Shown piece by piece: positions 25,961 through 36,926 of a stretch of DNA of 64,000 nucleotides. The DNA lies in the NCBI RefSeq assembly GCF_006345805.1, contig NW_021833807.1, forward strand, positions 13,991 through 77,990, read 5' to 3'. The translations under genes were made by a program, and so were the position numbers. The notes under the pieces were generated by a model. It was not told the DNA's origin and searched no databases. It saw only the letters and a program-made list of their open reading frames with translations. This stretch comes from Octopus sinensis (taxonomy: Eukaryota). The stretch's first letter is position 1, and each line of letters starts with the position of its first letter.

Positions 25961-26064
25961 CAACCCCCTTACGACTTTTAGCATTAAATATAAGAAAAAT
26001 TAAATTTTCAACAAATTGATTAACAGATTTTTGGGAATGTGTAATATCTAAGTATTTGAAGATC

Positions 26065-26260
26065 GGAAAACTTTCTGTTTTGTCCCAATTTCGATAGAGA
26101 CATCTGATGTAGTTAAATCAAAAACTGGGGAATTTCTTAAGAAAATTTGGGCGATTCTGGCTAAACGAAGGAGGGACAGTCGCGAGGGGTATTGGTTTCG
26201 TCGACGTATTGGAATTGCAGTTCTTCGTGGCAACACCCACGCGATACTTGCTGCCAGACC
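26065..26260 (+). mobile_element. CRE-like 3' fragment (family B)
   Basis: High similarity to the reverse complement of 8385-8580. Confidence 0.85.
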
Positions 26261-26559
26261 GTGATTATTTGTATGTTATATTCAATTCAAATAATGGTCT
26301 GATCTAAAAAAATAATAGTACAATTGATTAACATTTTTGGTATGACATTGTAGCTCAGCAGTCACAGTCAATTTTAGGCAATTGCCATCTTCTTACTATT
26401 TGTTACTTTTTATATTTTTTTCGTATGCAGTCTTTTCATTGGTTTACATTCCTTTTCGCATGATGTAGTGTGATGTCGTGTTCGATCTGTGGTCCTCCCT
26501 TATAAATCTACTCTCTCGGTATCAAAAAATTCAGTTACCAACATAAAACGATTTTAAAA

Positions 26560-27700
26560 ATGTCGAATACTATCAAGGATTTTTAACTGGTAAATGAGAA
26601 TTGAAAATAAGCGTTTGGAAAGTTCTAGAGAGCACTGGGGATTAGGTAATATTTGACTGGACGTTATTGAGTGCATGCCGGTCCTTGACAATTTACAGTT
26701 TGTAAGTGAAGTACCACTTTAGACATTAAATTAGTATTACTTCGATTTTTCTGGCAATCAAGATTATTTTTGTCGGACGGTAAGAGACAACTCGGCCAAA
26801 AAAATATTAATATTTAATGATAATTTATTCATTTGATTTTAAGATCATAGTTCGATTAAATTTTGAAAAAGCAACCAAATAGTCAGTTTTTAATCAAACT
26901 TATAAAAATGAATTTCTTTTTAAAGTTTAAACTAGCAACTTCAAATACCAAATTTTTGTACTTCTCTGCATATAATTTGTGAATAGTAAAAATTACACCC
27001 GGTGATGTGTACTAATAGATATGGTTTTTGTGAAAAATGAAGTAAGATTTTCTCAAAATCAATAATATATTTCTGGACTGGAGTTGACAATATTTTTAAT
27101 TTATAAAAAAAATTGGTCCTGTTTAGTAAAAGTGTTTATACACAAACTTAAAATTTTCTAAAAAAACTTTCACATAATGATTACTAATGGATTAAAACCA
27201 CGTGGAACGCTGTTAAAAAATCCACGAATATCTACGTTTCAGATTTGTGCAGAACTGGCAATTGAAAATCTAATGAAAACCGATTTTTATTTTATATAGT
27301 AGAATCTTTAAGTAAAAATGTTGTCCAAATATTTAATGTTTAGTAGTTTAATAAAGTTGTGGTTTTAAACAAATAACTATAATAGATTTCTGTTAATTTG
27401 GATCGGAGACTAAAATGTGTAACCTAAATCTGATTTGACAATCTACGACTGGGACAACGTAGACAATAAACTAAAATTCAAGAACATTAAACCATCCGAC
27501 GATTCTCTGACATCTCTCAATAAGGAACTAAAATATTTTACTACAAAGACAAACTGTTTGCTTTAAAAAGAAAAAACTGTCTGCAAAAATACACTTTTTA
27601 TTACAAAATCAGAAATGATGATGATTTAATCAAACAATGTCATATTATCAAGAAAAATTCGCGCCTTTATAAGATTTTTAATTCTGTTATTCTATCTAAT
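26560..27700 (+). CDS. Probable intron-rich gene of unknown function (weak WD40-like segment)
   Basis: Exon-like stretches separated by GT-AG segments of about 21 nt (e.g. TLLSACRSLTIYSL; DLTIYDWDNVDNKLKF). No complete model could be built. Confidence 0.3.
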
Positions 27701-27767
27701 TGCCCTTTTTGAAACAATTAGATATCTAAAAATACAAAAATAATGGAGAATTTAATTTATAAATAAA

Positions 27768-29384
27768 TCAGCGTTGTTTAGACATGGCAAGACGTCGTTT
27801 CTTTTCAACCATTTTAGCATTATATTTATCACCCATTATTTCTAATATTTTTAATCTGCCCAATTTTTTAGTTTGTGGTCGCAGCTTTTCTCCAATATCA
27901 CAAACAAGTGATGGATTCTCAACATAAGCAAACATTTCCTCCAATCTGATCATTTCATCAAGTCGATTCATCACTTCCAACTTTTTTTCCATCGTCTTTC
28001 TTTTATTTTCCTGCAAACTCTAAAACATCCCCAAACCTCAAATAACAAATTAGCGTCTCTTTCTTCTCCCCAACGAACAAATGTCTCATTCATTGAAAGG
28101 ATTTCCTCTTTCTCATGCTTCCAAATACGGGATGTGACGTAATCTTCTACCTGATTTTCCAAACTAACAGTTGATATTTTATTTTTAAAATTATCCTCAA
28201 GTGTCTTCAAATTAAAGGATAACTCAAAAAACCGTCAGAATATTCAAAAATTCATCCCGACGAGCAGGAGTAATGAATCTCTTTTGTGCATAAATTGGAA
28301 TTCCCTCTTTGTAGTCATCACGGACGTGAGCATTGTTAAGACATATCCTCACCAGTCCAAACTTTTGAATATAAAAAACAAATTAAACAAAATCTGACGG
28401 AAAAGTGTCCTCCATCTTTGAAATCGATTCAAAAAACGTTTCAAAATGTTCATAACAGGCTAATCCGACAAGCCTAAGGACAGAACAGACGGAATCATCA
28501 CTCTCCAAATTGTCAGTCACATACAAAAGTGTCTTTCCACATGCAAGACGGGGATTTTTTACATCAAAATGATCATCGTAGAATTCATTTTCCATAAATT
28601 TGACCCTTTCATAAACTACTGGCTCCTCCTCTTCTATCACATCTTTCTCAGTAAGAGAAAGTTTAAAAAATGGAATAAATTTGACACAGGCAAGTAGTGT
28701 CAAAAGTTGTACGACAGGAGAAGTCATGTCTTCTTGAAGCATTCCTTCGACGGCAACATCAAAAGCATCTTCATTGTTTTTTAAAACGACATACCTTTGA
28801 TATTTCCTTCGACCAAGTGATGATCAATAAGAAGAGCCATTCCCCATTGATCGGGGAATATTCCAAATTCTATTTTCTGGACACACATGTCAGTAAGGGA
28901 AAAAGATTTCGATAATTTTAGAAGTGACCTCACTACGGCATGATGGAGAGATGGAAGTTGAATTTGACCGACAGTGGACTTTCGGTGTCTGGAAATAACT
29001 TATTTCGAGGTACCGTTTGAGAATATCCACAAAAAGATCAAATACCTTCATATCTTTAAGGAAGTACATTTTGCAGGCTAACTAAGACAGTAATGATAGT
29101 CACAAACAATACTAGTTCTAATGTATGGATACTATAAGGCTCATTCTTCTCCATACATTCTTGTATTTGGACTGACAATTCCTCTTTAAGGTTTACTTAG
29201 ATATTAAACCAGCAGATTTGTTTGGGACGTTAGGATAGTTGAGACTTCGTAACCAAGATTGGTCATCCTTGTATTCGTTGGTAAGGTAAAGTCGAGTTGG
29301 GCACTCTTTAAAACTGTATTAAAAAGATTTACTTAAATAATGAAATATATTATAAGAAAATGAGCAGAGTCGTGATCTATACAT
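27768..29384 (-). CDS. MRPS27: Mitochondrial small ribosomal subunit protein S27-like (PPR), multi-exon
   Basis: Spliced ...RSLLKL...IEFGIFPDQWGMALLIDHHLVEGNIKDAFDVAVEGMLQED resembles MRPS27 (VQYGIFPDNFTFNLLMDSF...KDALSVVFEVMMQE). Start MYRSRLCSF is basic, like a presequence. Introns 26-31 nt; one homopolymer frameshift. Confidence 0.75.
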
Positions 29385-29391
29385 GTGACTA

Positions 29392-32300
29392 TTATTATTA
29401 GCACTGTCATAGGAACATAATGTAATTTAAACTAATTAAGTTCCCACATGTGCCACATATGAGACTATCTTTTCGGTCATAATTTCCATGATGTGCGGTT
29501 GTATGCTATACTCCTGAGAGTATCTAGGTCGTCTCCATTTTTCAGTTGTCTTTTAACGCGTTGTAGTTCTTTTGAGATTACAATAGGTAATGTATTTCGT
29601 GGGCGTCCTCGGGACGCAGATCTTTCGTCCTTTGCGTAATATGATTCCATTGCCCAGTTAGCATAAACATCCTGGTCGAGTCTTAGAATGTGGCCCAATA
29701 GGCGCCAACGTGCTTCGGTAATGTCCACACTGACGGGTCTGCTGTTGCAGATATTGTATAGGGTGGAGTTCTTGATTTTCTTTGGCCAGTTGATGCCAAT
29801 AAGAATTCTTAACTGTCTTCTATGGAATGCATCAAGAGATTTTGATTCAGACTCAGATATTCCCCATGTTCCTCCGTTGTACAAAAGTATGGGTTTAATA
29901 AAAGCATTGTATAATTTGGCACGTAAGGCCGTTCCAACCTCGCGGTTTCGTAGCCAAGTGGTCCGCAGTTTGTTAAGTGCAACAGTCGATAGCATCTTTC
30001 TCCTCATAATGTCTTCACTATCTCCTAAAAGAGTTCCAACTTTTTTCGAGTTTCGCCATTTTTCGTCTGTTCTATTTGCCTCCCGGTTGATTGTTACATA
30101 TTCGGTTTTTTCTATGTTCACTTTTAAGAACCATTTTTCCAGTGCCTGAGGAGCAATGTTCAGCAGTTCTTCGAGAGTCGACTTATCATGAGACAAAAAG
30201 TCTACATCGTCGGCATATATCACTTCAGTTATTGAAGTAGACTTCACTAGTTTTCTCAGATCTCTTAGTGCCGCTTCAAGATAGACAATGAATAGTACAG
30301 GTGATATTGAATCACCTTGGGGCGTTCCAATGCTTGTTTTGAAAGATCTTGATTGTACGGGTCCGATCTTCACCGTTAACTCGGTGTCTATAAGTAGTGC
30401 TCGAACCATTCTGATCGAGTCATTGTCAAGAATAGTTTTGAGGATCTCCATTAGCTTGTCTCTGCGGATTGTATCAAATGCCCTGCTCATATCAATGCCC
30501 AATATTGTGGTCGCCATTTTAAATTTCTGAGATATGGCACAGATCCATCTATGTCCCCATACTACATCTGCAGTTGATCGCCCAGGCCTGAATCCACTTT
30601 GGCTAGCCGACAGATATTCATTAACAGGGTCCTTAATACGTTCCAGTGTTACGAGCGAGAAGATTTTCCTTATTGTGTTCAAGAGTATGATTGGGCGAAT
30701 GTTGTTAAGAGGACCTTGCGGCTTGTTGGGTTTTTGGAGAGGAATTAGCGTTCCTTTCCCAATAGGCGGTATGGTATTTCCATGGAACATCTCGTTCAGG
30801 AGATTTGTGATTATAGTTGAGATCTCCATTGGGGAGTACTTTATCAATTCACCGTTGATGTTGTCTGGACCCGCCGCACGGTTGTTTTTTATTTTTTTAT
30901 AGCCTTCAAAACTTCAAGGTGTGTTATTTGTTGTTTAGATAACGTTCTTCACCCTCATCGAGAGCATCGGCCCTGCCATTGAATAGTATTTCGAAGTGGT
31001 CGGCGATTGTATTTACCATTTCGATTGGGTTTCCAATTGTTTTCCCATGTTCATCGTGCACAACCAGTTTTGTTTTCTGTTGTCGTCGGCGTAGTAGTCT
31101 GATGGCTGCGTACATTTGCGCACCATCCTTTAAGTCTTCAACTTCTGATATTCGAGAGTTTAATAAAGCTTTCACGTATTTAAGATTTTCCTTCTTGATT
31201 GTTCTCGATATTTTCCTACGTTCTCTTTTGAGTTTTTCCTTTGCCTCCTTGTCGTTGGTGTTTTCAATTTTCAGTTGGATGGCTTTTGTTTTGTTGCCAT
31301 TTCGGCAACATTTGGATTCAATGGGTTTGAGTGGTTTCTGAATGCAGTCGTTCCAATGTTTCCGTTGCAGCTTTGTGAATAAGTTTTTCTAATATCCCAG
31401 CTTTTGTTTGGGTCTTTTACCGTTTCTGTTACTTTTAGGTTTTCGATGATTGCCTGGGAGTATTTTTCCTTGGTAACATCTGATGTAATCAGTTTTTCCA
31501 CTGAGTATCTAATTCGGTTTGATTCATTTTCTTTTGAAAGAGGCGATCCAAAAATTCTTTTCAGTCTCAATCGTGCCACAATGACTTTGTGATCGCTCAG
31601 TGTAAGTGCCCCGCCATATGACCTGGCATCCAGCAATCGATGTTTTTCTTCTTGTCTACAGATGATATAATCGATTTGATTATAGATGTTGACGTACTCC
31701 CCATTTTTGTTTCTTCTAGTCCCGGTCCACGTGGTTTTATGACGTGCCGCATGAGGAAAGACCGTATTGCATAGCAGTAGCTTGAATATGCTGCAGAAGT
31801 TCACAAGCATTTCACCTGGTGCATTTCTTATCCCCCGTCCGTGTCTGCCCATGAACACTTCTTCACCACGGCCTTTGCCTGCCTTAGCATTCCAATCACC
31901 GGCAATTAGTATAAGGAAGGATGTTTTTATACTCGTGTAGGTCTTTGATAGCATGTGATAGAAAGAGTCTAGTTCATCCACGTTCTTCTTCAGTCTTCCA
32001 CTTTGTGGGGCGTAGACATTTATAATGCTGATTATTCGATCCGTGTTGGTCAAAGTTTTTTGTCTCAGTTGTAGTACACATATGCGGTCGTTCACACGGT
32101 AGTATTTGTGAATTGAATTCCCCTGCCCATAATGACGTGATTCTGATGGAAGGAGAATGATTCGATACTCGTTGTGTATCTCATCTAGCCCGCCTTTGAC
32201 CTTCGTTTCTTGAAAGCATCCGATAGTTGCACCATATGCATTCAGATCCCGGCATAGGATTTTTCGCTTGGATAGGTCAGATAGTCCTCTGACATTGAAT

Positions 32301-32419
32301 GATAGCAAAGTAAAATCTCTTTGTAGCCTCATATGTGATTAAGACTTTGTGCAATAGAGTTGCGTCACTAACTCAACCAGAAAACTGAACGTGCGTGGGT
32401 TTCAACCCACGTTTGGTAA
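29392..32419 (-). mobile_element. Near full-length RTE-clade LINE (APE + RT) with (TAA)3 tail
   Basis: SFNVRGL, QET, AGDWNA, NQIDY, SDH endonuclease motifs; QSGFRPGRS, GTPQGDSISP, YADD RT motifs; about 950 codons broken by frameshifts; 9-bp TSD ATGTGACTA at 29383-29391 and 32420-32428. Confidence 0.9.
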
Positions 32420-32510
32420 ATGTGACTAAATTTAAATTATTACATCAAATAATAAATATTTATATCATTTAATTAAATATATTTATATAGTTTTTTGAGT
32501 GAATGTTGTA

Positions 32511-33271
32511 ATGCGACTAGAAAACATATATTTTCAAGAATTACAACAAAATGAACGAAATATAAAGACCCTAGTGAAGGTGGCTTTAATCCACGAGAGT
32601 TATAGCAAATATCAACTCAGAATATAAGCCGAGAAGAGCTAAATAACATCAACACTGAGGTAACCCGATTATTATGCTCAAGTAATGAAATAATAAATGT
32701 ATTTCAACTTATTTACAATTGCAGGGCCTCAAAAACACAATTCCAGTTCACGTCGATTTAAAAAGTGATAAAAATGATAAATTAAAAATCTTTTCAGAAA
32801 CTTTAAAAATGTATAAATATATCACAATTCTAGTCTCTCTGGACATTTCAGAAAAGCAAATTTTGACTACAACCGAGAAACACAGTCGGGGACAAGGAAG
32901 GAGGTGCCCGATGACGTCGCCGTACGAATGAGGAGGTATAAGTTATTGGTGAACAGGGAAGGATAAGGGAGATACCTGAACGGAAGAGTACAGTGAGAAT
33001 AATTGATAATTTAAATAATCTAAAATCGCTTATTTCTACACGTGTTGAGCAAAATGACAAAATAAACGAAATTTTATTGTCGACTTCGAATTTGCTTGAT
33101 AAAAATGTCACTTTATTGGAACAGATTGGCCACAGAGTTACTATAGCCAGAAGATTGGTCTATAAATATATTCTCAGAGACAGGACTCTCGTTGTCCTAC
33201 TTATTTTCGGATATATTTCATTTTTCCTGTCAGTATTTTACGTTCTTAAAGTTCGATTGTCTAAATTGTAA
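32511..33271 (+). CDS. BNIP1: SEC20/BNIP1-like SNARE, tiny introns
   Basis: C-terminal ARRLVYKYILRDRTLVVLLIFGYISFFLSVFYVLKVRL matches the Sec20 SNARE end plus TM. In-frame splicing from ATG 32511 with 21-26-nt introns. Confidence 0.65.
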
Positions 33272-33374
33272 ATTGAATTATAATTAAAATTTATTGAATA
33301 AAAATATTACTTTAATTAAATAGTCACGTTTTTTACTTGTGGTGATTTTTGTGTTATTTAAAAATTAATAAGAA

Positions 33375-33695
33375 ATGGGACGGAAGAAGGTTGGAGCAGA
33401 TAATACAAATGCTAATCTTGCTATGGCTGTGAGAAGTGGTAAGTGCTCTCTTGGTCGACGGCAAACACTTCGGTTGATGACGGCAGGAAAGGCCAAATTG
33501 GTTGTGATTGCAAACAATGCTGATCATCTACACAAATCAGAGTTAGAATACAATGGATTCATGGGGAAAATTCCAATTCTTCATTATAAGGGGAATAATA
33601 ACGAGTTGGGGACTGCTTGCGGAAAGAGATTTAAAGTCACCATTATGGCCATCCAAGATCCCGGAGATTCGGATATTATTAAATCCAAGTCTTAA
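33375..33695 (+). CDS. RPL30: 60S ribosomal protein L30 (eL30), intronless
   Basis: LAMAVRSGK.SLG..QTL...GKAKLVVIANN...HYKGNNNELGTACGK.FKV..MAI.DPGDSDII. Confidence 0.95.
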   Translation: MGRKKVGADNTNANLAMAVRSGKCSLGRRQTLRLMTAGKAKLVVIANNADHLHKSELEYNGFMGKIPILHYKGNNNELGTACGKRFKVTIMAIQDPGDSDIIKSKS

Positions 33696-33821
33696 TTTTG
33701 TGTCTCGTTCTATACTTTAATTTGTTGATTAGCACATATTTTTTGTTTGATTTAACTTTCCTTGGATAATCATTCTCTGAACATCCCTTTTCACTTTCCT
33801 TCTGTAAAATATAAATTAGGT

Positions 33822-34383
33822 CAGGGGTGGCCGAGCATTCGATCGCAGCGTATTTTTTTGTTGTTGAAAATTTTAGCTATTTTCAAACATTGAAGATGAA
33901 TTCTTAAAACAACTTGCCGATAAAAATCATTATCTTAATGAAACCAAAATGTTTCAAAATTTAGAAAGATTTTTAACACTGAACCAAGAAAAATTGAAAT
34001 AGAAATTATGAATCTAAAAAATATCGCATTTTAAAATCATATTCAAATGTGAACATGTGGAGATTTATGTATCCAGAAAAATATCGAATTTTTATTGATT
34101 CGTATAAACGATTTCTTTCATGCTTAGGAAGAAAAAATTGTTGTCCGAAACATCATTTTAAAGCATGAAAATGATAAAGGCTCAATACAGGACCCGTTTA
34201 ACGGATGACCATCATGGGGTTTGTATGAGAATAGCAATAAGTTTATACGAGCTAGAATTTGAAATAATCGCAAGAGAATTACAATCCTAAAAATCCCATT
34301 AACTTTTAATTACAAATAAATTTTTCTTATTAAGTCGATTGATAAAAATCGCAATCGCCGGTAAAAAAAGTTGGCCACCCCTG
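33822..34383. mobile_element. hAT (Buster-type) MITE
   Basis: TIR CAGGGGTGGCC.A; degenerate 8-bp TSD aatTAggt / aacTAggg. Confidence 0.75.
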
Positions 34384-34628
34384 AACTAGGGTTTTGAGTT
34401 CTATTCAACTCTTCCATCATTTTTTATCTACTGAATTCACTACTTCGTACTTGTATTCAACAGCCATATTTTTAAAGTTTGTATTTATGCTCTCAAAAAG
34501 ACTTTATAAAAGGCTTTTTATTCCCGACATTCCTACTTTAATTTTGACTTTTAAAGAAATTATATACCACTGGAAAATATGAGCTCAAAATGATTTGTAA
34601 GAATTACCAAATTGACTACTTTAATTCA

Positions 34629-36247
34629 TGTCACCGGCTGGATAATGCCCTGGTTGGATAATGCCCTCTCAACATTATTTTAAAAAATAAATATTTTTCA
34701 AATTAATTTTGATTAGATTTTTTAATTTTCTTAATTATTTTAGTAATTATCAAAGTTTTTTTTCAAATTAATCTAGCGTGAAAATTTGTTTTGGTTATTT
34801 AAGTTTTCAAATTTGAAAAATAATAAGTATATTCGATCAAATCTATATTTCAGAAATGGTTTTACTCAACCTTACAAAGATGAACTTGAAGTAATCAAAA
34901 ATATTCAAATAGATGTTTATATATTGACCGATTTCAGAAATCTGAAAAAAAAGATACAGAAAATTCAGAACAGTTAATTTTTGAGGAGGAAGGGATAGTA
35001 TACATAAAATACAAAAACCAGAGGTTACGCTTTTTTCCCAAGAAGAAAAGGAACTTAAACTAAAAACTATCGAGGTGATCGTGATCGTTACATAATTATT
35101 ATAGATTGAACATATGAGGACACATTTTGGAAGAGATAGTTTTTTCGATATTGAGAAAGGAAATTTATGCAGTAAACCGAGACGAAATTACTGCTGTGAT
35201 CTCAAAATGCGTTCACTGTCAGGTGCATATGTATTGAATTATTTTTAGTCAAAAAAGTTGATGGCGACTAAGCCAACAATCACTCCTATTATTGCAAGAG
35301 GGCCTCAAGATCGCTATATTGCAGATTTAGTGGATTTAGAAGGTATGCTAGCCTTAATAGCGAGAATGGATGGGTATTTTTTTGTATAAATTGTAGTTGG
35401 TTGTGGGTATAGACTCATTTTCTAATTCGCAGTTGTAAAACTTGCCAGCGGAAATCAGCGAGGAAATTACTAGAAATTAAAGAACATTTTTTACTTGCCA
35501 GGCGGAAAATCAGTCGAAGCATGAAACGACCAAGAGGACACCTTTCGAAATTTTTATGCGAGGAAATCATTTAATCTCGGAGGAAATTAGATTGCGTTGT
35601 TGTCTTTGATGGAAATGAAGCGGTTGAATCAAGTCAATCGGAGATAATTGGATTCGATTATTTGGAAAACGAGGACGATTGTTTGAATCAACAAAGTGTG
35701 TAGAAAGCCATGTTCTCGCCGGAGAAAAAATGAAAAGGAGGCGGAAATGGAAATTGATGAAGATTTAGCAGTAGGAGATAATGTCCTGCTGAGACATGAT
35801 ATTGATGCGAATCCAAATAACCGAAAATACCCCCTATACGATCAGATGATTCCACTATATATGAAACATCGGAGGTTGATAAGACCAGTGCGTACTTAAA
35901 GATCTTAATGACGAATCATCAAAATATGTACACAAAAGTCGTATAAAAAAATATGACTCTTATAAAAAAAATTTTATATAATAAAAATTCATGAATTTTA
36001 ATATTTATTTTTAATGGTAGACCTAAAAAATTGTATAATTATAATAAAATACGTTATTGATTCGGAAAAATTGGTGATGCCGGTTTTTTCCGACTCTTTG
36101 AAAAATTCTTTCAATCAAAAAATTGAATAAATCGACTTAATTCCATTATCAAGTTATTTTTAATTAATTATCAGGTTATTTTCGTTTGATTTAAAAAAAA
36201 TTTTAAGGGGGTATTATCCAACCCAGGGCATTATCCAGCCTGTGACA
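34629..36247 (+). mobile_element. Ginger-like integrase DNA transposon (defective)
   Basis: About 38-bp TIR starting TGTCAC with an internal GGATAATGCCC repeat; 5-bp TSD ATTCA; HHCC zinc motif and PIIARGPQDRYIADLVD integrase start; introns 35075-35104 and 35223-35248. Confidence 0.85.
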
Positions 36248-36259
36248 ATTCATATTCGT

Positions 36260-36856
36260 AATTTGAGGTTACGAAATAACAAAATCAAGAAGGGATTTAG
36301 TAGATCAAAAGTATTATTACGACGATTAGCAAGGATCTTTACTTTGCCTCTCTCCATACTCATGCAACATTTGATGTATAAATGCTTTTGTGTATAAATA
36401 AATCTACTGCCTTCAGATAGAAAATGAATTTTAACTATAAATTTTTGCCAAAATGTTTTTAAAGTATGCAGGAACTTGTTTCTAATAATTTATAATCTTA
36501 TCGAAATTTATGATACGAATTTTGAGAAAACTACATTGAAATTAATTATTTGGGAATACAAAATTACAGGAACGGTAATATGGTACAAAACTGACATGGG
36601 ATATGAATTCATAACAAAGTTTTTTTTATTATCAGAAAAATTTAGATAAAATAATCACCTAAATGTGCTTGTAGATTATGTATTTTTACTCATATTATAA
36701 GTTAAAGAATTCAATACGTTTTCCCATCAAGACTAATATAAGATCGTTAGCTGATGATGAACGTTGCCAGTTTGTTGTAAGAAAATTTCTAAAGGGATTT
36801 CAAGCTCCTAAAGTGACAGGAGTCAGTGGGAAAACATTAAAAGGACGTCATTGCTA
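36260..36856 (+). CDS. 3' part of an unidentified multi-exon gene convergent with chordin
   Basis: Open exon-like segments ending RFPIKTNIRSLADDERCQFVVRKFLKGFQAPK...RHC*; AT-rich GT-AG interruptions. Confidence 0.3.
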
Positions 36857-36926
36857 AATTAAGAAGGACTAAGTAATTTACAATTAAATAGTTATTTACA
36901 ATAAGGATTCAACTTTACTTAATTTT

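Noticed and set aside
32335-32419. HDV-like ribozyme in the RTE 5' UTR
   Set aside because: Hairpins are present (GTGGGT-TGAA-ACCCAC; GAGTT..AACTC) but I could not build the double pseudoknot by eye; needs a descriptor search.
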